A stretch of 64,000 nucleotides of DNA from Camelus ferus (Eukaryota), in assembly GCF_009834535.1 (NCBI RefSeq), contig NC_045705.1:63736001-63800000 (forward strand). Reading direction: 5' to 3'. Both the position numbers and the translations under genes were made by a program. This document shows positions 1-35,990 of the stretch, piece after piece; the stretch's first letter is position 1; each line of letters opens with the position of its first letter. Below the pieces are notes generated by a model. The model was not told the origin of the DNA, made no database searches, and was given only the letters and a program-made list of their open reading frames with translations.

Positions 1-524
1 GGGGGCTCCTGAGAGAACCGATGCCTGTCTGTTAGGGGAGCCAGGACTCTGGGGTTTTGACTCTGGTAAGGATCAAATGCAAGCAGCAGATGTGGGAAGT
101 GAAGGAAAACAGGAACCTCCAGGTTGAGAGTTTTTATTCTGGAGGTAGCAAGGGGGGGGGTCTGCATGCTCAGGTGGGGAGGGTCCAGTCCAGCTCCTCC
201 AGCCCCCCAGTGCATGCCCAGCCCCAATAAGTTACCCAGTTACTCAGCCACCCTCCCCCCTGAGTCTGTCTGTCCTTCTGCTCCACCTCAGACAGAGCCC
301 ATCTGGCTCAATACAAGGACTACTTGTCCCTAGCCTGTGGGCAGTGCCACCTGGCAGGCTGGGGGAGGGGAGAAGCAGCTGGGCCACGCCCTAGGGCTGA
401 AGGGGCAGAGGAGCCACCCCTGGCTCTGAGGGACTGAGACTGGGAAAACCACATCCTGGGCAGGCCAGGGGCCCAGTCCCACAGGTCTGTGCCTGATGAG
501 GTGGTGGGCAGGGGAGGACCACCG

Positions 525-4870
<4,346 letters not shown>

Positions 4871-5340
4871 TTGGGAGTGGTTTTGAGACCCTCCCCTTGA
4901 ACTCCAGCCCCTGTGCGGATTTTCTCCTTATATTCATTCACTCATTCATCAATCACTGCACGCAGTAACAGTTGCTCAATAAGTAACTTGTTAAACGAGT
5001 GAGTGAAATCTAGGGTCTATCATGTGCCAAGCCTGTGCTGTGTGTCTCATACAATCCTCACCATAGTTCTTTGAGATAGATGGTATTGTCCCCATTTTAT
5101 AGGTAAGTAACTAAGGTTTCCCAAAATTGTGTTCTTATTGTGCAGTTTTCTACGTCCCTTCTAGATACCTGACTCCAGGACTGTTTCCTCTGACCCACAT
5201 TTCTTAAACAGATGACGAGACGGGTGGGGGAGGATGCGAAGGCAATGCCGTATCTCCCAGGGAATTAACTGGAAACATCTATTTTTCGTTTAGTGGGATT
5301 TTTGTTTTGTTTTCTGAGGGGGAGGTAGTTAGATATTTTA

Positions 5341-5430
5341 AAATTTATTTTTAATGGAGGTACTGGGATTGAACCTAGGACCTCATGCATGCTAGTCATG
5401 CACTCTGCTTCTGAGCTATACACTCCCCCG
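5341..5430 (-). mobile_element. tRNA-derived SINE (camelid-like)
   Basis: GGAGGTACTGGGATTGAACCTAGGACCTCATGCATGCTAG...CTGAGCTATACACTCCCC; same family as the 2865 copy. Confidence 0.85.
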
Positions 5431-6872
5431 AACTTTAAGTATTTCTTGAGCTGCAGGCATAAGCCATCCTGAGCAGTCATCTTTCTTAAAAAACAAAAAC
5501 TAGTTTCTTGTAAAATAATCTCTAGGACTTGTGTTCAGTCTACAAAATGGAAACTACTTCCTATCACAAAGCATTTTCCTAAAACATTAGGAAAAATTTT
5601 TTTATTACTACTAGCTAAAGAGACGCAGTCTTCAGTTTGAGAACATCTGATACACAGCTATTACTATTCAAGAGGGACCCAACAGCTCTGGTGACCACTA
5701 TCAACTAGGCTACTAAAATCTGCTCACCTTGCTGGGCTCCTCTATGAAAATAGCGTCCAGCAAGCTGAAGAAGGCTTGCACTCACTCATTTTACTGAATT
5801 GAGGCTTACACTGAAGCTAAGTGAAAATGTCAGGCCCTCCAGCTTCTAAGTCTGTGGTTCAGGCCAGAACTAGAATCCAGACCCCAACAGTTATTTATGG
5901 TTTATTTCTTTATTGTTTCTCCTTTTATCAAAACCTGTCACAGCTGGGGGCCAAGAGGAAGTAAAAAAAACCTCCCACAAATATTCCCCCTCGTCCCCAG
6001 TTAGTCCTCCCCCATCCCCCACCCAGGGCTTTGGGCCAGCCCTGGGCACACATGATCATCTCCCCCCACCCTCAGCCTTCGCCCAGCAATAAATACAGGT
6101 GATCCTGATTTGATGAAACCACAACTGATTTCTCCATCTTGAATGCCCCTCAGAGGGACAAAATTTTAGGAGGCAAAAGAAGTTTTGCCCATCCCCTCTT
6201 AAGGAGTGGAAACTTCTTTTCCCCCAAGGGACAGGGGGAGGTAGAACTGCCCCTGTCAGAACTGCAGCAGCTCTAGAAAGAAGCAGGGAGTGGAAAGGTT
6301 GGGAGGCCAGGGAAGAGGATGTTTTCCAGCAACCTCACTCCTTTGATCCATTTGTCCCTTAGCAGGGTAAGGGGTGGTCCCAGTGTATCAGTGGGGCATA
6401 AAAAGGGGAGGGCTGACAGAGAAGAGCCAGGAAGAAGAAATAAAGCAGTTTGGTGGGGAGGGAAGAGGAAGGCGAAAGGAGCCCTAAAGCTCACTGCCCT
6501 ATCTTCTTCCAAGAAATGGCATCAACACACACAAGACATGAATGGAGACGGTCTGGAGGAGATTCAGGGCCTCCAAAAGAAAAGAGAAGGGAGCAAGGGC
6601 CCTGTGGTCCCCAGGTCTTCACAGGTCAATGTGCTCCAGTTAGAGCAACAGAGTACTGGGGGATGAAGGGGGATTTGGTGTCAGTGGGGTGGGAGAGGTC
6701 AGGAGATCACAAAAGGAATTCAGAGCCCAGGGACAGCCCTCTCATCCTGCCCAGATGTTGGCAGAATCTGGATCATGGTATAAGAAAGGTGAAGTCTGGG
6801 GAAAGCCAAATTCCAAGGCAGAAGGAAGAGTAACTCTCATCACCACTGCATCCCACCCCCACATCCCTTGGG

Positions 6873-20649
<13,777 letters not shown>

Positions 20650-21066
20650 CTTGTGCCGGGTTTGCTCCCTGACCCGTAGCTTCCCCTCCCCCAGGGCGCG
20701 TTTAGCCACGTATCTTAGCGCCCGCCCCTTCCGCCCTCCTGATTGGTCCGGCCAGACAGCTGCCGGGCGTCTGTCCCATTGGCGGAGGGCGTACTCTAAA
20801 TTGCCGCAGGGGCGGGGCTTGAGGGAGGGGCAGGACTGTTCAGAGCCAGTCGCTGTCCGACTTTGCCGGCTCTAAGCATCAGACAGAGGCATTGGACTCT
20901 GTTTTCTTAAACTCGGCAAATTTTATTTAGAAAAAAAGGTGGGGGAGGAAAAAGTGACAGCGCTCTGTTTGGCCAAGGTCTCAGAAGAGAAGCCTCCACC
21001 TGTCTGCAGCACCTTGGCCCCCTTTCTCATGGCTCAACCTCCCACGGCTTCTGGAGTATAGAAAGG

Positions 21067-24000
21067 CTATGTCCCCTGCCGAAGGAGAGTGGACGGCGAA
21101 GGTGCCTGGAAACGGCCAGAGAAAAGTCCCAGGCGGTCAATGTTGCGGTGGAGGACACTGTGCAGCACAGCCAGATGGGGTCCACCCTCACCCCCACCCT
21201 CCCTGGAGAAGTCCCGGATGAAGCGGCCACGCTCTGACTGGAAGATGAACTTCTGGGGCAAGGGCCCATGCTCCCGGAGAAAGCCCCAGACACTAAGCAG
21301 CAGCAGACGCACTTCAAAAGGTGCCAGTTGGCTAAATACCTCGTGCATATTACCCAGGGCTGGTGGCAGGAGGCTTCCCTCGGCCATGACAGCCACTAGG
21401 GTGCAGGATGCCTCCAGGTGCCAGGGGGAGTGGGCTGTATCAGGGTGGCGAGAGGCTTCCCAATGGCCCAAGAGGGCAGCCAGCAGCCCCCGCAGCAGCA
21501 CGGAGCAGTAGCACAGGGCTGGAGGAGCAGCTGCTACCAGCTTTAACAGCTCAAAGAGCAGAGGCTGTTCCCGGAAGCGCCGGCCAATGCGGAGATCCCG
21601 CTCCACGGTGGCCCGGGCATGCTCCTCAGGAGGCCAGGCTAGCTCAGCACCAGCTGCGTCAGGACACACACTCTCCACCAAGGTCACTGCCACTGCTTTG
21701 GCTGCCTCTGGGCTCAGGGTGGGAGCCCCCCAGCAACCCACACATTCAGTGCCCCCAGGGGCACTGCAGCAGTGCACCAAGAGGCTGAGGAGGCTCTGGG
21801 TGTTACAGATCACTTCCTGTTGATCGCGTATTCGGACAAACTTGGGTGGCTTTAGGCCACGGCCAATGACTCCAGCGTGGAAAACAGACCAAATCCCTCC
21901 AGGACCTGGCACAGCTGCAGTGTGCCGCCGGTTTGTGTCCAAGAGGGAGGCAGAAGCCAAAGGAGCTGAAACAACTGAGAGAGTCTCATTGTCCCCATCC
22001 ACTTCCCCGCCAAACAGTTCTGTGTTGCCCCGATGTAAGGCTCCCTCAACTAGCAGCTGCAGGACAGCCTTGAGCCCAGCCGGGGAGGTCTGGGAGAGGC
22101 GGGTAAGAAGCTGGGAGGCTGAAGCCACGCCTGGGGGGCCATGCAGCCTCAGAGAGGCAAAGAAGCGATGCACTCCAGCTCTCACCAGTCCCAGGAGTTG
22201 GGAAGGGGACAGGGCTTCCGGAGGAAAGGGACAAATGGCCAGGAGGGAGGCAGCAGCTTCAGCTACTTCCTCCTCAGGATGGAGCAGGAGAGGAGCCAGG
22301 TCAGACAGATGGGCTGAGGCAGACTCCCCAAATCGGGCCCCTAGGGCTGCAGGGCCCTCACCACCCTGCTGTTCCCACCCCACAAGCAGTGCCAAGTTAC
22401 GCAGGAACCGGGCCGTAAAGGGAGGTTGCAAAGTCCCTGCATGTACCCTAGACAGGCAGCTTCGGAAGGCCAGGGGCAGGAGGCCAGACAGACTGACCAC
22501 CAGCCCTGCATATAACTGAGTGGCCAGACTCAACTCTTCAGGGCTTCGGGCCCGGCTCAGGAGATGGCCCAAGGCCTCAGGTCCACAGCTAGGCCGAGTA
22601 TAGACAGAGAGCAGGCCAAGGAGCTGGTGTTGCCAGAGGAAGCGCTTCCGTTCCAATCGTAATGTCTCTCCACACAGCTCTCCAACGTGGTTTCTGAGTG
22701 CATCTAGAAAGGGCACAGGGTGGGGGGGAGGGGGTGGGCCCAGCACCCCTTCCCCAGGAGACCCTCCCCGGTGATGAACCAGTTTTTGCAGGTGCAGCAG
22801 CAGCAGCTGGATCAGCCGGTCACAGGCTTCGCGAACCGTGTCTGGCACAGCCAGGCCCTGGGTGGTAATGACTGAGGCCGGCATGGCTGTGTCCACCAGG
22901 AACTGCAACAGGCGGTAGGCACCTGCCCCAGATGCCTGGCTCACCAGGTGCACAGCCAGGTTCAGCATGTTGTCCAGCTCCTCTCGAGGGAATCCCTGCA
23001 GGTGTTGTTGCAGCTGGCTCAGCACAGCTGGGGGCTTGAGACAGTCCACCAGCTCTCCAGAGACTGTGCCCAGCAAAGCTGGTGACATGACTGCCAGCTG
23101 TAGGAGGAAGGGAACAGTGGCCTGAAGGGAGGGGTCCCCACTCCGGCCGCCAGTGCCCCCTGCCAGGCTATCATGAAACATTCGCAGGAGCTCCCGTCGA
23201 ATGCTGTCTCCGTGGCGGGAGGCCAGGTGCCCTAGGATGCCTACAACTGAGGTGATCTTGGGCACCCGTTTCTCACCAGGGATAGCAGGAGATCCAGGGA
23301 AGGGGTCTGAAGAGGAGGTTTGAGAAGAGCTTCCTCCACTGCCACCAGCTCCACCTCCAGCCCCACCGTGAACACAGAAGTCCTTAAGGCCACAGGAGAG
23401 AACTCGAGAGATGATGGTGCCAGGAAAAGAAGAGCCAATATGGGCCACCACCCAGTCGAAGTGTGGAGAATGCTGGACAGAGGTATCCAGCAAGGCATCC
23501 ACGCAGGCATCTGGGCAACTACCAATGAGAGCCGAGAGGCACTGAACATAGATGTCCATTAATGTGCGTGTGGCCCGACAGCCCATCCACAGCTGTAGCA
23601 ATTCATTCAGAGAGCCAGTGGCATGGGGCACACGCTGGTGCTGGCCTGAGTAAGTGCTGCTCAGTTGCCCCATGAGGTCAATGGACCATGCACTAATCAC
23701 AGGTGCCCAGGCCTTCGGGTTGGCCCGGATAAACTCAGATAGCACCTGCTGCACTTCCTGCACCACATCCTCTAGACCAGGTCCCCCAGCAGGGACATGG
23801 GAGGGTGGGGGTGGACGGAGGTGAGGTGGGCCAGCCACAGGGCTTTCATCCAGAGCAGCCAGGTGGGCCCGGACGCTCTCATCAAAGACACCTCGCAAGT
23901 GGTCAAGCACGGCAGCCCGAGCAGGTGGCAAAGAGCGGAGCAGGAGGAGACCACAGCGAGCGTGTTCCCGAGCTGAGAGTTGGTGGCCCAGAATAGGGTC

Positions 24001-25480
24001 TACACCAGTCAGAAAAGCCTTGATTTCCTGGGACAGCTCCTGAGCGCTGTAAGAAACAAGAGAAGCAGAGTTAGAGTACTGGGAGCTGTTGTGCAAGTTA
24101 CATTCCTCTGGGAGCTTCAGTTTCTTTCTATGTAAAATAGGGATAACTGTACCTCCCTCATAAGATTATGTTCGTAAAGCACTTAAGCACTATATCTAGT
24201 TCACAGTCACAGTCATCATTCAGTAAGTGCTAGCTATTTTTCTTTTAATAATAGTGTCAATATTAGATAACTCTTGGAATATGTCAACTTCTCTTTTAAA
24301 TACTTTACATGTATCATTTTAATCCAGACAATAGCCCAGTAAGGTAGGTACCATTATGATCCCATTTTACAGATAAGGAAACCAAAGTTAAGTAATCAGT
24401 CTATAAACTCCAAGAGGGTAGTTAACATTTCTATGCTCTTCAACACCAGATTCCCTTCTGTTGAGGTGCCTAGAATATGAAAAATGCTCAATAAATATTT
24501 GTTGAATTGAATAAGTATATTTTGTGTTCCTATAACATCTGCTTTGAACACACCTTTCCAGGTTCACTGCACTACCTCCTACACACAACAGAAGAACCCT
24601 GGATTTTGTTCTTAATGAAATGAAAATCCTAACTTTAAACTTGCCCCTAATTAAGGGCTCTTTCCCCAAACCTGTTTCTTCCCATATTCTGCAAACATCC
24701 TAATCACCCATCACTTGGACTCCACCACATCAACAACACCAACTTCCAGAACCCTCAGTATGCCCCAGGAATCAGGGTGTCCCAGGGCAGACAAGGTAAT
24801 GTCTTTCACCCTTCCGCTTCCAAAACGTATGGGTTCAGTGTTCTGAGTTCAGAAGCCAGTATTATGGGAAGAGGCAAAATCCCCTTTTCCGCCAAAGAAG
24901 GAAGAATGCTCTAGGGGCTGATAAGGCTCTGACTGTGCCATTCCTCTCTGGTTCGTCCAAAAATAAACCCACCCTAAGGTGAGGGAAGTATCTCCGTTGG
25001 AGGGCAAGGGAAAGGCTAGAAGGAAGCATTCTGTGACTTGCTGGGCCTGAGTGCTCAGGGAGTCCCCATTAAGTCAGGGGACCCTGGGTTCCCTGGGATC
25101 TAAAAGGGACGGGGCAACTGGGTTCCCAAGAGTTCTAATATTCCCAACTCTTGGGAGAGCAAGGCCAGGATCTGGGGTAACTAGGCACTGGGTTTAGGGG
25201 GAGGTATTACCGAGATCTTGAGAGTGAGGGCACTGGAGCCCAGAGTTTTGATAAGGCAGTCCCTGAGTTCTGGGAAGACCCGACTAGGAATCTCAGAACC
25301 CTGACGCGAGTTTTCGAGGTAGGATCCGGGTTTCTGCCGAGAAGGCTGCGGATCGCCGCGGGGCCGCGGGGTGGGGGAAGATGCCAGGGGCTCTGACTAC
25401 CTGAGCGGCGCGGGACCGTGGGTGACCGGGGCAGGCCCGGGAGGCCCTGGGGCCCCGGGAGGGTCGCACAACGCGGACAT
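21067..25480 (-). CDS. INTS5: Integrator complex subunit 5, 2 exons, 1019 aa
   Basis: Exon 1 25401-25480 ([26 protein letters not shown]) plus exon 2 21067-24046 ([13 protein letters not shown]...PSTLLRQGT*) = 3060 nt. AATAAA (minus) at 20922-20927. Confidence 0.97.
24110..24400. mobile_element. Two MIR fragments in opposite orientation in the INTS5 intron
   Basis: CTTCAGTTTCTTTCTATGTAAAATAGGGATA (+) and CCCCATTTTACAGATAAGGAAAC (-). Confidence 0.7.
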
Positions 25481-25720
25481 CCCGGAGCCCGAGCCCGAGC
25501 CCGAGGCGGGAGCGGCAGAGCGCAGGCAGCGCATGCGCGCTGACGGGAAACCCGAAAGGAACCAGCAATGAGGCCTCTCAGAAAAAGCAGTCCGGCGACG
25601 TCCACGACCCTCATACATCGGTTCCGCGCTGAGTCGGCGTCCCAAAACGGGACTGCGACTTGACAGCGGAAAGCCGACCACCCTCAATGCAACCATTTTA
25701 TTATTTTTTCCTCCAAAGGG
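25290..25720 (-). promoter_or_regulatory. INTS5 CpG island promoter with NRF1-type palindrome
   Basis: GCGCATGCGC at 25529-25538; (GAGCCC)3 in the 5' leader at about 25486-25503; CpG-rich. Confidence 0.75.
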
Positions 25721-27088
25721 CCACTGACACAGACTAAAGGTAGCAGCGACCACTTAATTGGATTTAATTAATTTTCCTAAATCCCCAAATACAAATGTTC
25801 AACTCTCGACATTTTAAAAAATGAAGCATTAGGAAACATTTTAATCAATAACCAGTGACAATGTAAAAAGCAGTTAAAGGAGAGAAGAAAGGGAAGAGAG
25901 AAAGCGGGAAAAAGACAGAAAGATAGGAGAGAAGTCAGTAAGAGAAGATGAAAAGGGAAAAGGGAGGGAGAGGGAGTCCGGAATAAATTGGGCTGACTGG
26001 CCTGAAGGTGTCCTCCCAGTCCTAGTTTGGTCCTACAATCCTTGTCAGTCTCCCCAACCTCCCAGTGCAGGGACCTTCCTCAACCTCACATCACTGTAGC
26101 TGCAGAGAAAGCTTGGTAACCTTTTGTGGACCTAACACTCCTCATCAAGGGCCCCCACTCCAGCCAGTCTATTCAGATCAAGTTTCAAGATCTTCCACTA
26201 ACCGGCTGTGTGCTTCACTTAACCTCTCAATGCCTGTTTCCTCTTCTGGAAACGGGGATGGTAATAGTACAGCTACGTCAGGGGGTTGTGAAAATTGAAA
26301 TGAAACCAGGTAATACTGTATAGCACTTGGTGCCTGTGCCTGTGATGGTAGGTAAGCACTATATTAGCAATAGTTATTTTTCTTATATTTGTTGAATGAA
26401 CTCCAGAAAATAAGATCTTTGACAACAGGGACTTTGCCTATTTTGGTAAAAGCGATATCCTCATCACATACAACACTGTCTGCCTGGCACATAGTAGGTT
26501 CTTAAGAGTTGGTTGGATGAATGAAAAGGAAAGTAGGTTCTGAGGCCTGAATTAACCAGAGGGCTTACTGTTCTCAAGGGAAGTGAGAGTTACAATAACA
26601 CCAGATGATAGGTCCTGAAGATACCTTTAAAGTGACTGTGTTTTAAAAACTTAAGTGATTAATGATAGTGGTTCTATATTTGTTCTTAAATTTAGACATT
26701 CTATCAGTCATAAAGTGTATATGTTCTAGGACAGTAACTATGGGACAGTTTCTGCTCTTAGCTCTGCCTCAAACTTGGACCCATCACTTTTCTACTCTGG
26801 GCCTCAACTTTTAATCTGTAAAGGAGGCTTTTGAACCAGATAAATCCTTTCAGCTATGAGACTGTTTCGTGGTCCTTGCCCTTAAGGACTTCACAATTTA
26901 AGGGTGCTTGTTTTGGAGTAGGGCAGATCTGGGTTCATGTCTGCTATTTATTAGCAATGGAATCCTGAGCAAGTGACTCAGCTGTTTGGGGCCCCTTTCT
27001 TATCTGTAAAATGGTCATGCTGTCTCATATCTCACAAACATTTTGCAAAGATCACTTCAGATTATTTGTGTAAAGACCTCAGCACAGT

Positions 27089-27229
27089 TGGGGAGGGTAT
27101 AGCTCAATAGTAGAGTGTATGCTTAGCATGCATGAGGTCCTGGGTTCAATGCTCAGTTCCTCCATTTAAAAAAATTAATAAATGTATAAATCTAATTACC
27201 TCCCCCCCCAAAAAAAAATTAAAAAAAAG
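27089..27229 (+). mobile_element. tRNA-derived SINE (camelid-like)
   Basis: GGGAGGGTATAGCTCAATAGTAGAG (A box) ... GGTTCAATGC (B box), then an A-rich/C-run/A tail. Confidence 0.88.
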
Positions 27230-27979
27230 AGCTTAGCATAAAGCCAGATACAGAAACTCTTCTTTGAACACAGTAAGTTCCTTCCTACCTTAGGCACAGG
27301 GAGTAGAGCAAAATTATAGAAAATGATGGGTATAATAAGATGTTGAAAATGTTCTTTCTTTTCCTCCAGCTTCTCCCCTCCTTTCCTTACTGCATCTGAA
27401 TACAGTTCAGTTTCTGTACTCTTTCTCTTCTGTGTTCAAAACTGGCCATGATACTGTTTCCTAGAAAAATGGCTGATACCAAGTTTTAGCCCAGGGGAAT
27501 TAGCAGGTGAGCCTTGAACATACTGTGCCAGAAAACAAGGAAGTGCTCAAATACTGATGGTGTTGTGTCAAAAGGCCACAGGGAGCTCCTAGAAGAGGCT
27601 CCTACTGGCCAAACTTGGTATGATTTTGAGCATGAAAAAGCAATAGTAATGGATTATAACCCATCAAAAAACAACCTAAATGAGATTTTAAGGAGGTAGG
27701 GGTTTCCTTTATAGAATGTGTCAAATGAATAACATGGATGAATGAATGATAGAATTAGACAAATCACCATTTTGCAGCAGTAACTAATTCAGGTAAGGAT
27801 CATCATGGATGCTGAAACCATTGTTGAGAGATCTTTGGCAACAGGGTATTCATACAGTCTCAAAATATCACCTCATAGATTGCTTATTAATTACAAAGGG
27901 AAAGGATACCTTAACAGAGGAGAAATCTGACAGACACCCACTTAACACTGGGAATCACCAATAATTAAACAGTATTTCA

Positions 27980-28682
27980 TATGTGGGTGAAAAATGTCAC
28001 CTGCCATATCAGTAAAAAAAAGATGTTGCCACCACCAAGCCGTCAACAACTACAGCCGCCCAACAGTGAGCCCTGAAGCAACTCAGAATGGAGATAAACA
28101 GGCTGCCTGCCACCAAGTCAACCACTGCAGCTGTCCCCAGCGGTACACTCTGAGGGGATTCAGGATGGAAAAGAATAGGATACTGGCCCTAGATAGTTAA
28201 AGTGCATATCAAAGGAATGATTTTAAGGATCCCAGTCTCTTGCATCTTCCCATACCTAAAAAAGCACTTAATTCATTAACTTGAAATAACTGGTTTTCTT
28301 TAATTAACAATAATCTTTGATGTTCCGACTACCTGGTGTTTGTTGCAAAAACTCTTCTGTAACCTGGCTCCTCCCTTACTTCTTTAGAATACTCCCTCAG
28401 AACTACCTGAGAGGCTGTCTTCTGGGCTTAAGTCCTCAGCGAGTCTGCCAAATAAAACATAATTCTCAGACTCAGACATAGTAAGCAATCTTATGGTTAC
28501 TGTGGGGGGGGGGGAAGGGCAGAAAGGGGTGGGAAGGGATAAATTGGGAGTTTGAGGTTTGCAAATATTAGCTACTATATATGCAAATAGATCTAAAATT
28601 TTCTTCTGTATAGCACAGGGAACTATTTATATTCTATATCTTGTAGTAACCTACAATGAAAAAGAATATGAAAACAAGTATA

Positions 28683-28715
<33 letters not shown>

Positions 28716-28828
28716 GACTGAAACATTATGCTGTACACGAGAAATGGACACATTGTAACTGACCATACTTCAATTAAAAAAAAAAAACCATAATTCTCAA
28801 CTTTTAGGTTGTGTATTTTTTTTCTCCA
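27980..28828 (+). mobile_element. Solo ERV LTR-like element
   Basis: Contains an imperfect tandem repeat of about 80 bp (GCCACCAAG...CAGAATGGA / CAGGATGGA), then AATAAAACATAATTCTCAACTTTTAGGTTGTG, and ends in CA. The 5' end is approximate. Confidence 0.6.
28469..28788 (+). mobile_element. 5'-truncated younger L1 with poly(A), internal (TG)n(TA)n and TSD
   Basis: TGTATAGCACAGGGAACTAT...GCTGTACAC...ATACTTCAATTAAAAAAAA; CATAATTCTCA duplicated at 28458-28468 and 28789-28799. Confidence 0.88.
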
Positions 28829-30170
28829 TGAACACATACTTCCTGATGAAATGCAATGGGAAGTACAGTATCATCTCTGTAGAATTTTTCCCCCAAATGC
28901 TTAACCTACATCTAATTATGAGGAAACATATGGAAACAGGCAGATCCAAGTTATGAGATATTCTGAAATAAATAAATAATAAATGGATTAATTAATTAAT
29001 TTGGGCTAGGCTCTTCAAAGACGCTGTCATCTAAGACAAGGTAGAGGTATTTTTCTGGATTGAAGGAGACTAAAGAGACATGACAATTAAATGCAATATG
29101 TGATCCTTAATTAGCTCCTGGATTGAGGAAACAATAAACAGCTATAAAGAATATTATTGGAACAACTGAGGAACTTTGAATATGAAAAATTGAATTTTAG
29201 CTATACCAGTGTTAAATGTCTTGGGTATTCTGGCTATATAGAAGCAGGTTTAGAGATAAAATTTCATCTGTAACTGACTTTCAAATGAGTCAGAAGGATA
29301 ACACACATACATATACCCAAATAGGATATCAATTGTAGCAAAATGTTAAAAACTGCTAAGCCCAGGTAGAGTGCATATATAAGGGTTTATTTTACTAACC
29401 TCTTTACTGAGGGTTTGAAATTGTTCAAAATATAAAGGGGGAAGCAAACCCTCCCTCTTCCAGGAAGCCTGCACTGATTAAATACAGCAAGAAGAGAATA
29501 TGTTTTTCACTCTCTGAGTACAGCTCTGCACAGGCAGCTTCTCACTTTAATTAACCACCCCAGCCCTGGCTTCCAACAAACAGACCTTCTGAATATTAAA
29601 GGGGAAAAATAATGTTCACTTTATTAAAAATACAGTCCAGCAAAGGAAACAGAGACAAACATGGTCCCTTGCCCACCCTGGTCAAACAGGGGAAGTGGCA
29701 GGGCTGGTATCAGGACCTTTACTTCCTCTGCCATCTCTACAGTAATCTTTATTTTGTCAGAAATGGAAAGCTGGAGTATCACTCACTAGGGAGAAAGGGC
29801 CATCATGGAGGTTGGCTGCTTGCTGTCTTTGCTCAAGTAAGCTCTGTGGGTCCTATTTCCCAATTGTCTTGTTTGCCCACTCACAGCCCCTTTTCAGGGC
29901 CCATGCCCATTCCAACATACAATCACGCATATCTCAGTGAGAATTCTAGGGCTTTATTGCAAATGGAGTGGACTGCTACAAGCCCACTCTCCAATCTTTC
30001 TTTTCTACCCTCTTCCTCTCAATACATCTCTCCAGGGCAGGTCACTAGGCTATTATGGAAGGGGAATCTGGGGAGAGTGAAAAGGAACAGTGCTTTCTCC
30101 AAAGTCTCCAGAAACAACCATTGAGTCATCCTAGCTCCAGATGAGCATCTTCTGGTGGAAGGGGTGAGAT

Positions 30171-35434
<5,264 letters not shown>

Positions 35435-35779
35435 TTAGAGTGCAGGGTGGTTGAACTTGGAGTAGAGTACCCCTGCCCAGTGCACCCCACAGATTGTTCC
35501 TTTAATCTTCTTTGGAGCCTGGCCCCTTAATCACTTGTGAAGAGAGGAGGCTGACATGCTAGGAGATTATGAGCCTTCCAAGGGAGGGGACAGTCCCCAG
35601 AGATGGGATAGGAATTTTATTTCTACTCTCTCCCTGGTGACACTGGGAAAGATGGAAGGGGTAAGAGTTAAGGGCATCTGGATTAAAGCCCTGTGAGTAA
35701 AGAGCTTTGATAACAGACTTGAAATTTCCCGATTCTTCTGCTTACTGGATTTCCCAAGTTGACATGTTTCTACCTTATT

Positions 35780-35990
35780 TAATGAATATTAATATGGTGT
35801 TTACTATTTGGCAGGAACTGTTTTAAATGCTTTACGTATAAACTTATTTAATTATCCTAAACCTAAGAGATAGATACTGTTAATAGTCTCATTTCCTGAT
35901 GCAGAAACCGCGAGGCACAAAGATCTCAAATGACTTTCACAGAGTCACACAGCTAAGAGGTTTTTTCTTCTCCAAACTAGAATTCAGTAT
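35780..35990 (-). mobile_element. MIR SINE
   Basis: CTCATTTCCTGATGCAGAAACCG...AGAGTCACACAGCTAAG. Confidence 0.65.

Larger units (their letters stand above)
27490..29430 (+). mobile_element. L1MC-type 3' region interrupted by an LTR
   Basis: L1MC-like text on both sides of about 27980-28828 (GATTATAACCCATC..., GGAGACTAAAGAGACATGACAATTAAATGCAA); subfamily from memory. Confidence 0.65.

Noticed and set aside
1-120. ROM1 3' end expected from synteny
   Set aside because: No ROM1 coding sequence or poly(A) signal is visible in the window.
6088-6093. Plus-strand AATAAA inside the GANAB 3' UTR
   Set aside because: No plus-strand transcript is supported; the hexamer occurs often by chance.
21089-22519. 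Several 120-225 aa plus-strand ORFs
   Set aside because: Antisense to INTS5 exon 2; expected from codon bias.
27089-27165. tRNA-like sequences with A and B boxes (also at 2900, 5360, 38680)
   Set aside because: They have A-rich tails, one has a TSD, and the copies differ from each other in the stem regions: SINEs, not tRNA genes.
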